DNA of 64,000 bases, taken from contig CBDCJV010000002.1 of NCBI GenBank assembly GCA_965217895.1, forward strand, positions 1,216,001 to 1,280,000, given 5' to 3'. Numbering within the stretch: the first letter of the stretch is position 1; every line of letters begins with the position of its first letter. This document shows positions 9,133 through 18,815 of the stretch, one piece after another. Below the pieces are notes generated by a model. The model was not told the DNA's origin. It saw nothing but the letters and a program-made list of their open reading frames with translations, and searched no databases. The translations under genes were made by a program, and so were the position numbers. This stretch comes from Waterburya sp. GTDB taxonomy: Bacteria > Cyanobacteriota > Cyanobacteriia > Cyanobacteriales > Xenococcaceae.

Positions 9133-11319
9133 CTACCACTGAGGCAAACTAGCAATTAAAGCTTCTGCTTGTCTATGGCTCAATGGTCTAGAGAAGAAGA
9201 AACCCTGTCCATACTCGCATTCAAGTAATCTTAGCTGTGCTAGCTGAGAGGTGGTTTCAATTCCTTCGGCAATAACGTCCATCTTTAACATATGAGCCAG
9301 AGTGACGATCGCTTTGACAATGGCTGAATTTTCGCCATTGGCCTGCATCTGACTGACAAAAGAACGATCTATTTTAATCGTGTCTACAGGAAAACGGTGT
9401 AAATAGCTAAGGGACGAATAGCCTGTGCCAAAATCATCAATACTAAACTGAATTTGCCTTTTTCTGAGAGAGAGAATTATATCTGTGACTGTTTCTAAAT
9501 TATCAATTAAAATACTTTCGGTGATTTCTAACTTGAGAAACTTACCTTCTAAACCAGTTTCTGCGAGGATGCGGTCAACTTCTTCAATTAACTGTGGCTC
9601 GCGAAATTGTTGACCAGAAAGATTAACGCTCATCCTAATTGCTGGATGTTCGGGATATCTCAACTGCCAATCTTTTGCAGCCTGACAAGCTTGCTGGAGC
9701 AACCAGTTACCTAAAGGCACAATTAAACCAGTTTCCTCGCAGACAGGAATAAAACTATCTGGTTTAATCCGACCTTTTGTCGGATGATTCCAGCGAGCTA
9801 GTGCTTCAAAGCCAGATAAATTTCCTAGTCTTAAAGAAGTGATTGGCTGATAATAAACTTCAAATTCTCCTCGCTCTAACGCCCGTCTGAGGTCGGTTTC
9901 TAGCTCTAATCTCTGTACTGCGCGATCGCGTAAGGAATTATCAAATATTTCATAACGTGCTTTGCCCTGCTCTTTAGCACTATACATGGTCAGATCTGCA
10001 TCTCGTAAAATATCCTCTGGTTTTTCATATCCCTGAGAAGAAAGGGCAATTCCAATACTAGCGGTAGTAAATAGCTCATAACCCTCAATGTTAAACGGGA
10101 AAGTCAAAGTTTGATAAATGCTTTCAGCCACCAAAGTAGCCTCAGATTTACTGGCAATATTTTCTAGTAGAATAGTAAACTCATCTCCTCCCAAACGGGC
10201 TACGGTATCTGTTGGCGCGATCGAGCCTTCTAAACGCCGACCAATTTCAATTAATAATTTGTCCCCAACCAAATGACCAACGCTATCATTGACCACTTTG
10301 AAGCGATCGAGATCGAGAAACAGTACAGCAAACAAATAGTCTTTTTGATTTTGGCTTTTTTTAAGCTGTTGTTCTAAGCGATCCATAAACAAAGCCCGAT
10401 TAGGTAATCCTGTTAGAGCATCATGGAGAGCATCGTGCAGTAATTGCTGCTCCATATATTTGCGTTCGGTAATATCGACAATCTGATTATTAAAATGTAG
10501 GGGTCGATCGTCGGCATCAAGAACAACTAGTACTTTCAGCAAAGTATCAACTATCCGACCATCCTTGGCGATAAAACGTTTTTCTATTTGAAAGTTTGAC
10601 TCTTTACCCTTGATTAATTGCTGTTCTAAGCTGCGGTGTATTTGCAAGTCTTCAGGATGGCTAATTTCCGCAAACGATAGTTCTAATAATTCTTTTTGGG
10701 TATATCCTAAAGCATCACATAAAGCCTGATTGACCCTTTTAAATCTGCCTTTTAAGGTACTAATAGCCATGCCTATCGGAGCCATTTCAAAGGTAAGACG
10801 AAACTGTTCTTCACTCTTCCTGAGAGCTTCTTCTGCTTCTCGGCGTTTAGTAATATCTTCGGCAATACCTACAAAGCGGTTAACTTTGCCCATTACATCG
10901 CGAACAGGAAAGGCTCTAACCCTTACCCAGCATATCGATTCATCGGGGCGAACAATACGATATTCTTCTTCAAAATCGTCTCCTGTTCTAAATTGAGTTT
11001 CAATTGTGGCGATCGCTCTATAAGAATCTTCTGGATGAATGGCAAATAACCAAGATTGAGGATCTTCATACAAACTCTGACAGCTACGACCCCAGACTGT
11101 TTCGTAAGTAGGGCTTATGTAGAGTATTTCGTCAGTTTTGGCAGAGATGACAAAAAAAACCTCGCGAACATTTTCTGCAATTTGTCGAAAACGTTCTTCT
11201 CTTTCTTTCAACTCCTGTAATTCTGTTCTCAACCGTTGATTTTCAGCCAAGACTGCTTCAATTCGGTTTAACAGAGAATTCTGCTGCTGTACAATTCCTA
11301 CTATTTGCTGATCAGACAT
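9133..11319 (-). CDS. PAS-PAS-GGDEF-EAL diguanylate cyclase/phosphodiesterase
   Basis: Two PAS/PAC domains (IHPED, SHPED), RLGGDEF, FEALARW, DDFGTGYSSL. Confidence 0.95.
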   Translation of the reverse strand: MSDQQIVGIVQQQNSLLNRIEAVLAENQRLRTELQELKEREERFRQIAENVREVFFVISAKTDEILYISPTYETVWGRSCQSLYEDPQSWLFAIHPEDSYRAIATIETQFRTGDDFEEEYRIVRPDESICWVRVRAFPVRDVMGKVNRFVGIAEDITKRREAEEALRKSEEQFRLTFEMAPIGMAISTLKGRFKRVNQALCDALGYTQKELLELSFAEISHPEDLQIHRSLEQQLIKGKESNFQIEKRFIAKDGRIVDTLLKVLVVLDADDRPLHFNNQIVDITERKYMEQQLLHDALHDALTGLPNRALFMDRLEQQLKKSQNQKDYLFAVLFLDLDRFKVVNDSVGHLVGDKLLIEIGRRLEGSIAPTDTVARLGGDEFTILLENIASKSEATLVAESIYQTLTFPFNIEGYELFTTASIGIALSSQGYEKPEDILRDADLTMYSAKEQGKARYEIFDNSLRDRAVQRLELETDLRRALERGEFEVYYQPITSLRLGNLSGFEALARWNHPTKGRIKPDSFIPVCEETGLIVPLGNWLLQQACQAAKDWQLRYPEHPAIRMSVNLSGQQFREPQLIEEVDRILAETGLEGKFLKLEITESILIDNLETVTDIILSLRKRQIQFSIDDFGTGYSSLSYLHRFPVDTIKIDRSFVSQMQANGENSAIVKAIVTLAHMLKMDVIAEGIETTSQLAQLRLLECEYGQGFFFSRPLSHRQAEALIASLPQW

Positions 11320-11408
11320 CCAATTGGCTACAATTGCGGAAATTACAACCCTATAATGCCCAGATGAAATTTAAAAGTAACATTCTTTGAGGAGGGTATA
11401 GACAACAA

Positions 11409-11450
11409 CAGTTAGAGCAGTTAGGACAGTTAGGACAGTTAGGACAGTTA
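11409..11450. repeat. 9-bp tandem repeat CAGTTAGGA, about 5 units
   Basis: cagttagag cagttagga cagttagga cagttagga cagtta; same family in reverse orientation at 42799-42814 and 50607-50655. Confidence 0.85.
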
Positions 11451-12104
11451 AAGCAACTTCTCAATCAACTCGACGACACCATCTCCGCAACTTTTAGTCA
11501 TTACCCAGTCAGAAGCCTCTTTTAGTATAGGTACAGCATTATTCACCGATACAGACAGACCGCCTAATTTTAATAAAGGCAAATCGTTTTCTCCGTCTCC
11601 GACAGCTACCACTTCATCAGAGGATAGATTCATCTGGTTCAAAGCAGATCTCAATCCAAAATCCTTATCAACACCCTCTGGCAGCAGCATAACTGCCCCT
11701 TTGTTATAGCTAATCTGCCAAGCCAAGCCCTGTTCTTTGATGACTTTAAGTGCGATTGTGTCATAAGGAATCTCAGTAGATACAATTCCTCGTCCGACTG
11801 AAAGTGGTTCGACCTGCCGTTGTTGTAAGGCTTCAATTAGAGAATCAGGAGGTGGCAAACCCAATAACTTTTCTTCTCCAATAATTGGCAAAGAAAGTAA
11901 TGCTCCATTTTCTGCCACAATACAGTCAAATGATTTAGCCTGGGGAAATACATCGTAAAGATTATCCAGTCGCCTTCCAGTTACTAAAATAAGCGATCGC
12001 CCTGTTTGTTGCCAGTGTTTTAAGGCTGAATATGTAGTTGCGCTAACTTTCCCTTCCGTTGCTATAGTCCCATCATAATCAGTTGCAAGTGCTTTGTATG
12101 ACAT
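11448..12104 (-). CDS. HAD-superfamily (Cof-like) hydrolase
   Basis: DYDGT, VTGR, GVDK, VGDGEND. Confidence 0.9.
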   Translation of the reverse strand: MSYKALATDYDGTIATEGKVSATTYSALKHWQQTGRSLILVTGRRLDNLYDVFPQAKSFDCIVAENGALLSLPIIGEEKLLGLPPPDSLIEALQQRQVEPLSVGRGIVSTEIPYDTIALKVIKEQGLAWQISYNKGAVMLLPEGVDKDFGLRSALNQMNLSSDEVVAVGDGENDLPLLKLGGLSVSVNNAVPILKEASDWVMTKSCGDGVVELIEKLL

Positions 12105-12288
12105 AATCTAAATTATATAGGGAGTAGGGATGAGGAAAAGAGTAATAGTAATAGGTTTAGTAATCATCTCCTAAACGTAATCATCCATAATTCTAATAGA
12201 TTTGCACTAATCAGTCTTATTTTTCGCTATCTTTTTCTAAGGTAGAAAAGAAGTATCCTTTATTTTTCATTTTTCATCCTTTCAAATT

Positions 12289-15200
12289 ATGGCTTTTGCA
12301 TCGGTAGTACGGACGATAGAAAAATCGCCTTTAACCAGAGAATTACTAACCAAACTAGATAAAGGGCAGTCATTGTTGCTTAATGGCATACCACGTTTAC
12401 CAAAGGGAATTGTTAGCTCTAGTTTGGCAAAAGCTAAAGACAAAAACTTATTTTTAGTTTGTCCTACCTTAGAAGAGGCTGGACGTTGGGCTGCCCAATT
12501 AGAAGCAATGGGATGGCAGACAGTAAATTTTTATCCCACTTCCGAAGCAAGTCCTTATGACCCATTTGACCCCGAATCTGAGATAACTTGGGGACAGATG
12601 CAGGTTCTTTCAATTATCAATTATCAATTATCAATTATCAATGAAGAAGACGATTCTAAACCGATCGCTATTGTAGCCACAGAGCGATCTCTTCAGCCTC
12701 ATTTGCCACCTCCAGAGGTTTTTGAGTCTTATTGTTTGACCTTACAGCAGGGCATGGAATTGACCTCAAAGCAGCTAGATGAATCTTTGGTTAGATTGGG
12801 TTATGAGCGAGTAGCTTTGGTAGAAACAGAAGGGCAATGGAGCAGAAGAGGCGATATTGTGGATATCTTCCCAGTTTCGGCAGAATTACCCGTGAGGCTG
12901 GAGTGGTTTGGGGATGAGTTAGAAAAGTTAAAGGAGTTCGATCCTGCTACTCAAAGATCTTTAGATAAACTGGAGCAGTTGTTGTTAACGCCAACTTCTT
13001 TTAGTAACATAATTGCTAACAGTATTTTGGAAAATGGTAAGAGTATTGAAAGCTATTTGGATGATGAAGAATTAGAAGCTCTACTTGAGGGAAATCCTCC
13101 AGAAGGGATGAGACGTTTTTTAGGAATTGCTTTCGCTCGACCAGCTTCAATTTTAGATTATCTACCTGATAATACTTTAATAGCTATTGATGAATTAGAA
13201 CAGTGTAATGCCCATAGCGATCGCTGGATAGAATTAGCTCAATCTCAATGGCAGAGTTTAGAACCAAGTTTACCCAAAATTCACGCTGAGTTCCAAAGTT
13301 GTTTAGCTAAAACTAATAAGTTTGACTGTATTTATTTATCAGAAATTGCCGAAGAAAAACCTCGTTTAAATATAGCCAAACCTGATACAGTATCGGTACA
13401 CAATTTACAGGCGCGTCCGATTCCTACTACTCCTAATCAGTTTGCTAAGTTGGCTAGTATCCTGCGAGGTAAAAGAGAAATATATAGCGGAATGACGTTA
13501 GAAAAATATCAGACTTGGTTGATTTCGGCGCAGCCTAGTCGTTCGGCTTCTCTATTACAAGAACATGATTGTCCCGTTCAGTTTATTCCCAATCCTCAAG
13601 ACTTTAGGGCAATAGAAAAAGCTCAAATTCAAAGTACAGCCGTAGCAGTAAAATATTCTGGTTTAGCAGAATTAGAAGGCTTTATTTTACCGACTTATCG
13701 GATTGTCATTGTTACGGATAAAGAATTTTTTGGACAGCAAATTTTAGCCACATCTGGCTATATCCGTAAGCGTCGCCGAGCTACTTCTAAAAAGGTCGAT
13801 TTAAATAAATTACGTCCTGGGGATTATGTGGTACATAAACATAGTGGCTTAGGTAAATTTATTGAGTTGGAAACTTTAGCTCACCGTGAATATTTAGTAG
13901 TTCAATATGCCGATGGAACTTTAAGAGTTCCTGCTGATTCTTTAGATATGCTGACGCGGTTTCGACAAACAGGTAAGCGTCCACCAGAATTAAATAAAAT
14001 GGCAACTCAGTCTTGGTCAAACACTAAGACTAAAGTTAAAAAGAATATTAAAAGATTGGCAGTAGATTTATTAAAACTCTATGCTAAACGCTCAAAACTA
14101 GAAGGTTATGCCTATCCTCCTGATAATCCTTGGCAACAAGAATTAGAAGATTCATTTCCCTATCAACCTACCCCAGATCAACTAAAAGCCACCCAAGATA
14201 TCAAGATAGATCTAGAAAGCGATCGCCCGATGGATCGGCTTGTATGTGGTGACGTGGGTTTTGGTAAAACGGAAGTGGCAATTAGAGCAATTTTTAAAGT
14301 AATTACCAGTGGTAATAAACAGGTAGCGTTTCTTGCACCCACAACTATTCTGACGCAACAGCATTATCACACCCTCAAAGAAAGATTTGCACCCTATCCA
14401 ATTAACGTCGGCTTATTAAATCGTTTCCGCACTGCTTCTGAGAAAAAAGAAATTATGCAACGGCTGGCTACGGGTGAATTAGATATCGTAGTCGGTACAC
14501 AGCAGCTATTAAACAAAGATGTCCAATTTAAAGACTTAGGAATGCTAGTGGTAGATGAAGAACAACGGTTTGGAGTAAATCAAAAGGAAAAAATTAAGGC
14601 GTTCAAATCTCAGGTAGATGTTTTAACCCTCTCAGCGACTCCCATACCCCGCACATTATATATGTCCCTGTCGGGAATTAGGGAAATGAGCTTAATTACC
14701 ACGCCTCCTCCATCTCGTCGCCCAATTAAAACCCATCTTTCCCCCTATAACCCTGAAGTAATTCGCAATGCCATCCGTAACGAATTAGATCGGGGTGGAC
14801 AAGCTTTTTATGTTGTTCCTAGAGTCGAAGGCATCGAAGAAGTTAGCGCGCAGCTACGAGAGATGATTCCTAATATCAAAATTGCGATCGCTCACGGACA
14901 GATGCCTGAGACGGAATTAGAATCAACCATGCTTACTTTTAGTAACGGCGAAGCGGATTTACTACTTTGCACCACCATCATTGAGTCTGGTTTAGATATT
15001 CCCCGCGTCAACACAATTATTGTCGAAGATTCCCAAAGATTTGGCTTATCCCAACTGTATCAGTTAAGAGGTAGAGTCGGACGAGCGGGAATTCAAGCCC
15101 ACGCATGGTTACTATACCCCAGTAAACAAACTTTATCAGATCAGGCTCGCAAAAGACTTAGAGCTTTACAAGAATTTAGCCAGTTGGGTTCAGGTTATCA

Positions 15201-15816
15201 ATTAGCCACAAGAGATATGGAAATACGTGGTGTGGGTAGTCTATTAGGCGCAGAACAATCTGGACAAATAACTAACATTGGCTTTGAACTCTACATGGAG
15301 ATGCTACAAGAAGCAATTCAAGAGATTCAAGGACAGGAAATACCTAAAGTCGAAGATACCCAAATAGATCTTAAGCTTACCTCTTTTATTCCCGCCAGCT
15401 ACATCGCCGATCCTGGACAGAAAATGGATGCCTATCGCGCGATCGCCACTGCATCCTCGAAAAAAGAACTGGTACAGATTGCAGCCGAATGGGAAGATCG
15501 TTATGGTGCAATTCCCTCCCCGACTCAACAGCTAATTCAGGTAATGGAATTAAAACAAATAGCTAAGGCGATCGGCTTTTCCCGTATTAAGCCTGAAGGA
15601 CAAACAAATATTGTCTTAGAAACCCCGATGGCTGAACCTGCTTGGAATTTATTAGCGGAGAATTTGCCGAAGCACTTGCGATCGCGTTTTGTATATGCGC
15701 CAAAGAAAGTGATTGTGCGCGGTTTAGGTATTGTTAAACCTCAAAAGCAACTGGATAATTTGATTGACTGGTTGGGTACAATCCACAAGGCTTTACCTGA
15801 ATTAGAATTAGTTTAA
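12289..15816 (+). CDS. mfd: Transcription-repair coupling factor
   Basis: [44 protein letters not shown]-terminal TRCF domain. Confidence 0.98.
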   Translation: MAFASVVRTIEKSPLTRELLTKLDKGQSLLLNGIPRLPKGIVSSSLAKAKDKNLFLVCPTLEEAGRWAAQLEAMGWQTVNFYPTSEASPYDPFDPESEITWGQMQVLSIINYQLSIINEEDDSKPIAIVATERSLQPHLPPPEVFESYCLTLQQGMELTSKQLDESLVRLGYERVALVETEGQWSRRGDIVDIFPVSAELPVRLEWFGDELEKLKEFDPATQRSLDKLEQLLLTPTSFSNIIANSILENGKSIESYLDDEELEALLEGNPPEGMRRFLGIAFARPASILDYLPDNTLIAIDELEQCNAHSDRWIELAQSQWQSLEPSLPKIHAEFQSCLAKTNKFDCIYLSEIAEEKPRLNIAKPDTVSVHNLQARPIPTTPNQFAKLASILRGKREIYSGMTLEKYQTWLISAQPSRSASLLQEHDCPVQFIPNPQDFRAIEKAQIQSTAVAVKYSGLAELEGFILPTYRIVIVTDKEFFGQQILATSGYIRKRRRATSKKVDLNKLRPGDYVVHKHSGLGKFIELETLAHREYLVVQYADGTLRVPADSLDMLTRFRQTGKRPPELNKMATQSWSNTKTKVKKNIKRLAVDLLKLYAKRSKLEGYAYPPDNPWQQELEDSFPYQPTPDQLKATQDIKIDLESDRPMDRLVCGDVGFGKTEVAIRAIFKVITSGNKQVAFLAPTTILTQQHYHTLKERFAPYPINVGLLNRFRTASEKKEIMQRLATGELDIVVGTQQLLNKDVQFKDLGMLVVDEEQRFGVNQKEKIKAFKSQVDVLTLSATPIPRTLYMSLSGIREMSLITTPPPSRRPIKTHLSPYNPEVIRNAIRNELDRGGQAFYVVPRVEGIEEVSAQLREMIPNIKIAIAHGQMPETELESTMLTFSNGEADLLLCTTIIESGLDIPRVNTIIVEDSQRFGLSQLYQLRGRVGRAGIQAHAWLLYPSKQTLSDQARKRLRALQEFSQLGSGYQLATRDMEIRGVGSLLGAEQSGQITNIGFELYMEMLQEAIQEIQGQEIPKVEDTQIDLKLTSFIPASYIADPGQKMDAYRAIATASSKKELVQIAAEWEDRYGAIPSPTQQLIQVMELKQIAKAIGFSRIKPEGQTNIVLETPMAEPAWNLLAENLPKHLRSRFVYAPKKVIVRGLGIVKPQKQLDNLIDWLGTIHKALPELELV
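12610..12642 (+). repeat. CAATTAT heptamer, about 4.5 units, inside mfd
   Basis: tcaattatcaattatcaattatcaattatcaat encodes [11 protein letters not shown]. Confidence 0.9.
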
Positions 15817-15833
15817 GTAAGTAGAATTAAAAA

Positions 15834-16313
15834 ATGAACAGTCAACTTAAGCAACTTTATCATCAGGATTTAAATCTTTGGCGCGAAAAGATTGTAACCG
15901 CCATTCAAAATAGGAAACTAGAAAACATGGACTGGGACAATCTGATCGAAGAAATTAATGATATGACAGCAAGTGAGAGACGTGCTTTACGCAGTTATAT
16001 CAAAAGACTGATAGAGCATATTCTCAAGCTTAAGTATTGGCGAGCGACCCCGCGCCGACGCAAGGCGCAAGGGAATGCGCGAGATGAAAATGAACGAGAA
16101 TATAATCGGCGAGGTTGGGAAAAAGAAGTAGTTAATTTTCGTGAGGAAGTTAAGAGTATTTTAGAAGAATCTCCTAGCTTGAATAGTTATTTAGAACAAA
16201 ATTATTTTGACTGGTACGCAAAATCAGTTAAAGCAATGAAAAGAGAGTTTTCTATTCCTGACAATAATTTAGTAGATTTAAACTTAATTATGACTGACGA
16301 TTATTTTGCATAA
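15834..16313 (+). CDS. DUF29 family protein with an in-frame 39-bp insertion
   Basis: LYHQDLNLW, DWDNLIEEI, LIEHILKLKYW, ILEESPSL; GC-rich insert 16040-16078. Confidence 0.88.
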   Translation: MNSQLKQLYHQDLNLWREKIVTAIQNRKLENMDWDNLIEEINDMTASERRALRSYIKRLIEHILKLKYWRATPRRRKAQGNARDENEREYNRRGWEKEVVNFREEVKSILEESPSLNSYLEQNYFDWYAKSVKAMKREFSIPDNNLVDLNLIMTDDYFA

Positions 16314-16461
16314 TCCGTCCTTTAGATTTTTAATCGCCCGATCATTTATGCGCTGAAAAAAGTTGATTTATGAGAAAACTATTTAGTCAAATAGCAAGCT
16401 TAGCAAAATATATTCTTTATGGCTTTTAAGTTAACTTAATTTTTTTTAAAATCATGCATAA

Positions 16462-18048
16462 CTATTCTATTTCCTCTCTATCAAAAATATCAAGATACTT
16501 AGCTAAAGTAAATTCTGGATCTTGTTGAAAATGTCTTGGAGCTTTGAAAAGTTCTATACCTATGTCTTTAAATATTTCCTGTTGACTATTTAAGATTGAT
16601 TTGAAAAATTGATTTTCCTTGATATTTAAATTTTCAATTAATTCATTGAGTTTTTCTGAATTTATTCCTAACCTAAGATATCTAGAAAAAAATATGAGCC
16701 ATACAATTTCAAAAATAGAACCTTTTCTAGAAGCTCTTAAAATTTCATTTTCAATAGTAGATTTTAAATAGTTTTTTAGTTCAGAACAATCTTTGCTATA
16801 GTCAATATATAATTGTTCTGAGATAGATAAAACGTGACACAATAGTTTTTCAGATTCTCTTTTTACAAGAAAAAGTAAACTAATTACTTGTTTAACTTCT
16901 CTGATTCTTTTTTGGTTATTTTTTGAAAAAATAATTTTCAGTTTCTTTTCTTTATTTGGATTGTTCTTGGTAAAGCATTCTGATATAAATTTTTCTAAAA
17001 TGCTAGTTCCAGGACACTTGCGGTGAATATCGAGAGCAATTAACAATGTATGCTCAAAACATTTAAAAGTTATTTCGTTTCTATTTTTCAAGCTATGTGG
17101 AAAGTAATCTCTATCATGCTTTCTGTAAAGACCATCAGGCAATTTCTGAATCGAGGTCTTATTCTCATTAATTGATAAATTATATGCTAAAAGATTTTTT
17201 GCCAAAGCCTTCAATATTTTTTCAGCATCAGCTTCACAGTCACAGAGAATTCTATAATCATCTTTAAATCTAACTGCAAGAAAATCAATATCTTTCAGTT
17301 CTTCTGAAGTATTTCTGTCAATTTTGGATAAAATAATTTCTGCAATTAAGTCACTTAGTACAGAACCTATTGGAATCCCATTAGTTCCTCCATCATTAGC
17401 ATATTGTATGAGCTTGTCTATCTTGTTACCAAAAAAGCTCATCTCACGATCTCTTAATGCCTTATCTCTACCATGCAATGCCCATGCAATGCTATGAGTA
17501 TATATGGATGAATAGAAATTAGTAATATCGGTACGTACAATATATTGATAATGTTTGGCATCCAATACTAAATCTTTTTCTGCCATTGTCAGCCATTCAT
17601 ATATCATTCTCCCTGTACGTAAACTACTCAATCCAGCTTGGTTTCTATTCTTTTTTGTCAAGGCAATAGGAAAACTATAAGAATATATCTTATTTTCTTC
17701 ATGAAAAAGATGGCTTATCACCTCATCCCAGTTTTTTTCTATGTAGAAAACAATATCATGAAAATTGTATGGATGCTGAATACTAAATATTCTAGAGCTA
17801 AGATTAGTCTTCGGATGAGAGATGTTGATAAGTTGCCTTCTTTTTAACTTACATAAGTTTTGTTTGTAAGGTTGATCTTGAAGAACAAAATTAGCAACCT
17901 GAAAGGATGGTGGTAGTATATATTGCTCTGCAAAATATCCTTGGTTAAGTATCCAGTTAGCTATTTCTTTTGATGGAATATCTTTGACAAGATCTCTAGT
18001 TTCTTTGAAATGGTTTATAACATATACTTCATCACCGAGCATCATCAT
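16462..18048 (-). CDS. Stand-alone reverse transcriptase, AbiK/UG-like (probable anti-phage)
   Basis: RTDITNFYSSIYTHSIAWALHG, TNGIPIGSVLSDLIAEIIL, VRFKDDYRI, LSINENKT; about 200-aa probably helical C-terminal extension; very AT-rich. Confidence 0.88.
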   Translation of the reverse strand: MMMLGDEVYVINHFKETRDLVKDIPSKEIANWILNQGYFAEQYILPPSFQVANFVLQDQPYKQNLCKLKRRQLINISHPKTNLSSRIFSIQHPYNFHDIVFYIEKNWDEVISHLFHEENKIYSYSFPIALTKKNRNQAGLSSLRTGRMIYEWLTMAEKDLVLDAKHYQYIVRTDITNFYSSIYTHSIAWALHGRDKALRDREMSFFGNKIDKLIQYANDGGTNGIPIGSVLSDLIAEIILSKIDRNTSEELKDIDFLAVRFKDDYRILCDCEADAEKILKALAKNLLAYNLSINENKTSIQKLPDGLYRKHDRDYFPHSLKNRNEITFKCFEHTLLIALDIHRKCPGTSILEKFISECFTKNNPNKEKKLKIIFSKNNQKRIREVKQVISLLFLVKRESEKLLCHVLSISEQLYIDYSKDCSELKNYLKSTIENEILRASRKGSIFEIVWLIFFSRYLRLGINSEKLNELIENLNIKENQFFKSILNSQQEIFKDIGIELFKAPRHFQQDPEFTLAKYLDIFDREEIE

Positions 18049-18112
18049 TTTATTCTTTAGGATATTTACTTCATTCTCAAAATGCCATGAAATAAAAATG
18101 TCGGGTGTGATC

Positions 18113-18235
18113 TATAGCGTTTCTCTTATTTACGAGATGCACTTTAGTTGTGTCTGGTTAAGGGGAAAAGGCAAAAGTTTTGCGCTGTTTTCCAGAACTT
18201 AGCTAATGTACCTCATTGATTTGAGAATTGCTATA
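18113..18235. mobile_element. MITE/REP-like 123-bp inverted-repeat element
   Basis: Ends TATAGCGTTTCTC...GAGAATTGCTATA with nested internal complementarity; same TATAGC/GCTATA termini at 31709-31814. Confidence 0.65.
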
Positions 18236-18254
18236 AAGTTTGAGCTATGTTAGG

Positions 18255-18395
18255 TTAGCTAATGCCTACTTTATACGATACTAGTTCTGAAGTTAATTTC
18301 TCGATCCTCTTTTTTAACCCTTCTTGTTCTCTTTTGTCTCTAATTTTGCTCAACAATTCTATTGCTAGAGGAGTAATTTCAAGTTTGTATTGCAT
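18255..18395 (-). pseudogene. Truncated RelE/ParE-family toxin
   Basis: Not in ORF track. TAATG overlap with the antitoxin stop; MQYKLEITPLAIELLSKIRDKREQEGLKKRIEKLTSELVSYKVGIS* (46 aa) lacks the C-terminal catalytic half. Confidence 0.7.
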
Positions 18396-18658
18396 TACCA
18401 ACCTAGCTTTTCTTGAGCCTCCTCCCAGCTAATTGTTTCTCCAGCCTGATCTTGTTGAATGCTTGCAGACAATAGTGAACTAAATTCTTTATCTTCTAAA
18501 ATTTCCAAAGTTTCTAATAAACATTTCATTTGCTCGTAACTAACCGTTACCATTACAGGCTTACCATGTTTAGTAATAATTATAGGTTCGTCAATTAATT
18601 CATCAGGTAAACTTAGAAAATTTTTTCTGGCTTCTGTAATGGTGAGATATTTTGGCAT
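18395..18658 (-). CDS. Phd/YefM family antitoxin
   Basis: TITEARKNF, PIIITKHGKPV, LETLEIL; ATG at 18658 preferred. Confidence 0.9.
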   Translation of the reverse strand: MPKYLTITEARKNFLSLPDELIDEPIIITKHGKPVMVTVSYEQMKCLLETLEILEDKEFSSLLSASIQQDQAGETISWEEAQEKLGW

Positions 18659-18666
18659 GAAGACTA

Positions 18667-18697
18667 AATGTACGCTCAAGTGTACATTCAAATTATA
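18667..18697 (-). promoter_or_regulatory. -10 box and palindromic operator of the Phd/RelE operon
   Basis: TATAAT on the minus strand (18692-18697) followed by AATGTAC-N8-GTACATT (18667-18688). Confidence 0.6.
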
Positions 18698-18720
18698 ATG
18701 TGATTTGAAGACTAAGGTGT

Positions 18721-18791
18721 GCGATCGCTTAATCGCCTATATGCCAAAGAGAGAATCATTGTGCGTGGTTTGGGTATTGTTAAACCGCAAA
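18721..18791 (+). repeat. Degenerate direct repeat of a segment near the mfd 3' end
   Basis: 18758-18791 matches 15712-15745 at 31/34; both copies preceded by HIP1 (18721-18728, 15678-15685). Confidence 0.85.
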
Positions 18792-18815
18792 TATCTTAAC
18801 CCAAACTAACGTTAT

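Noticed and set aside
16462..18255. RT as a retron, group II intron or CRISPR-associated RT
   Set aside because: No VTG retron motif or effector gene, no recognisable intron domain V/VI or maturase X domain, no cas1 or array; motifs fit the Abi/UG class.
18248..18256. ACCTAAC after the truncated toxin stop (minus strand) as an attC R'' box
   Set aside because: No matching GTTRRRY partner at a suitable distance.
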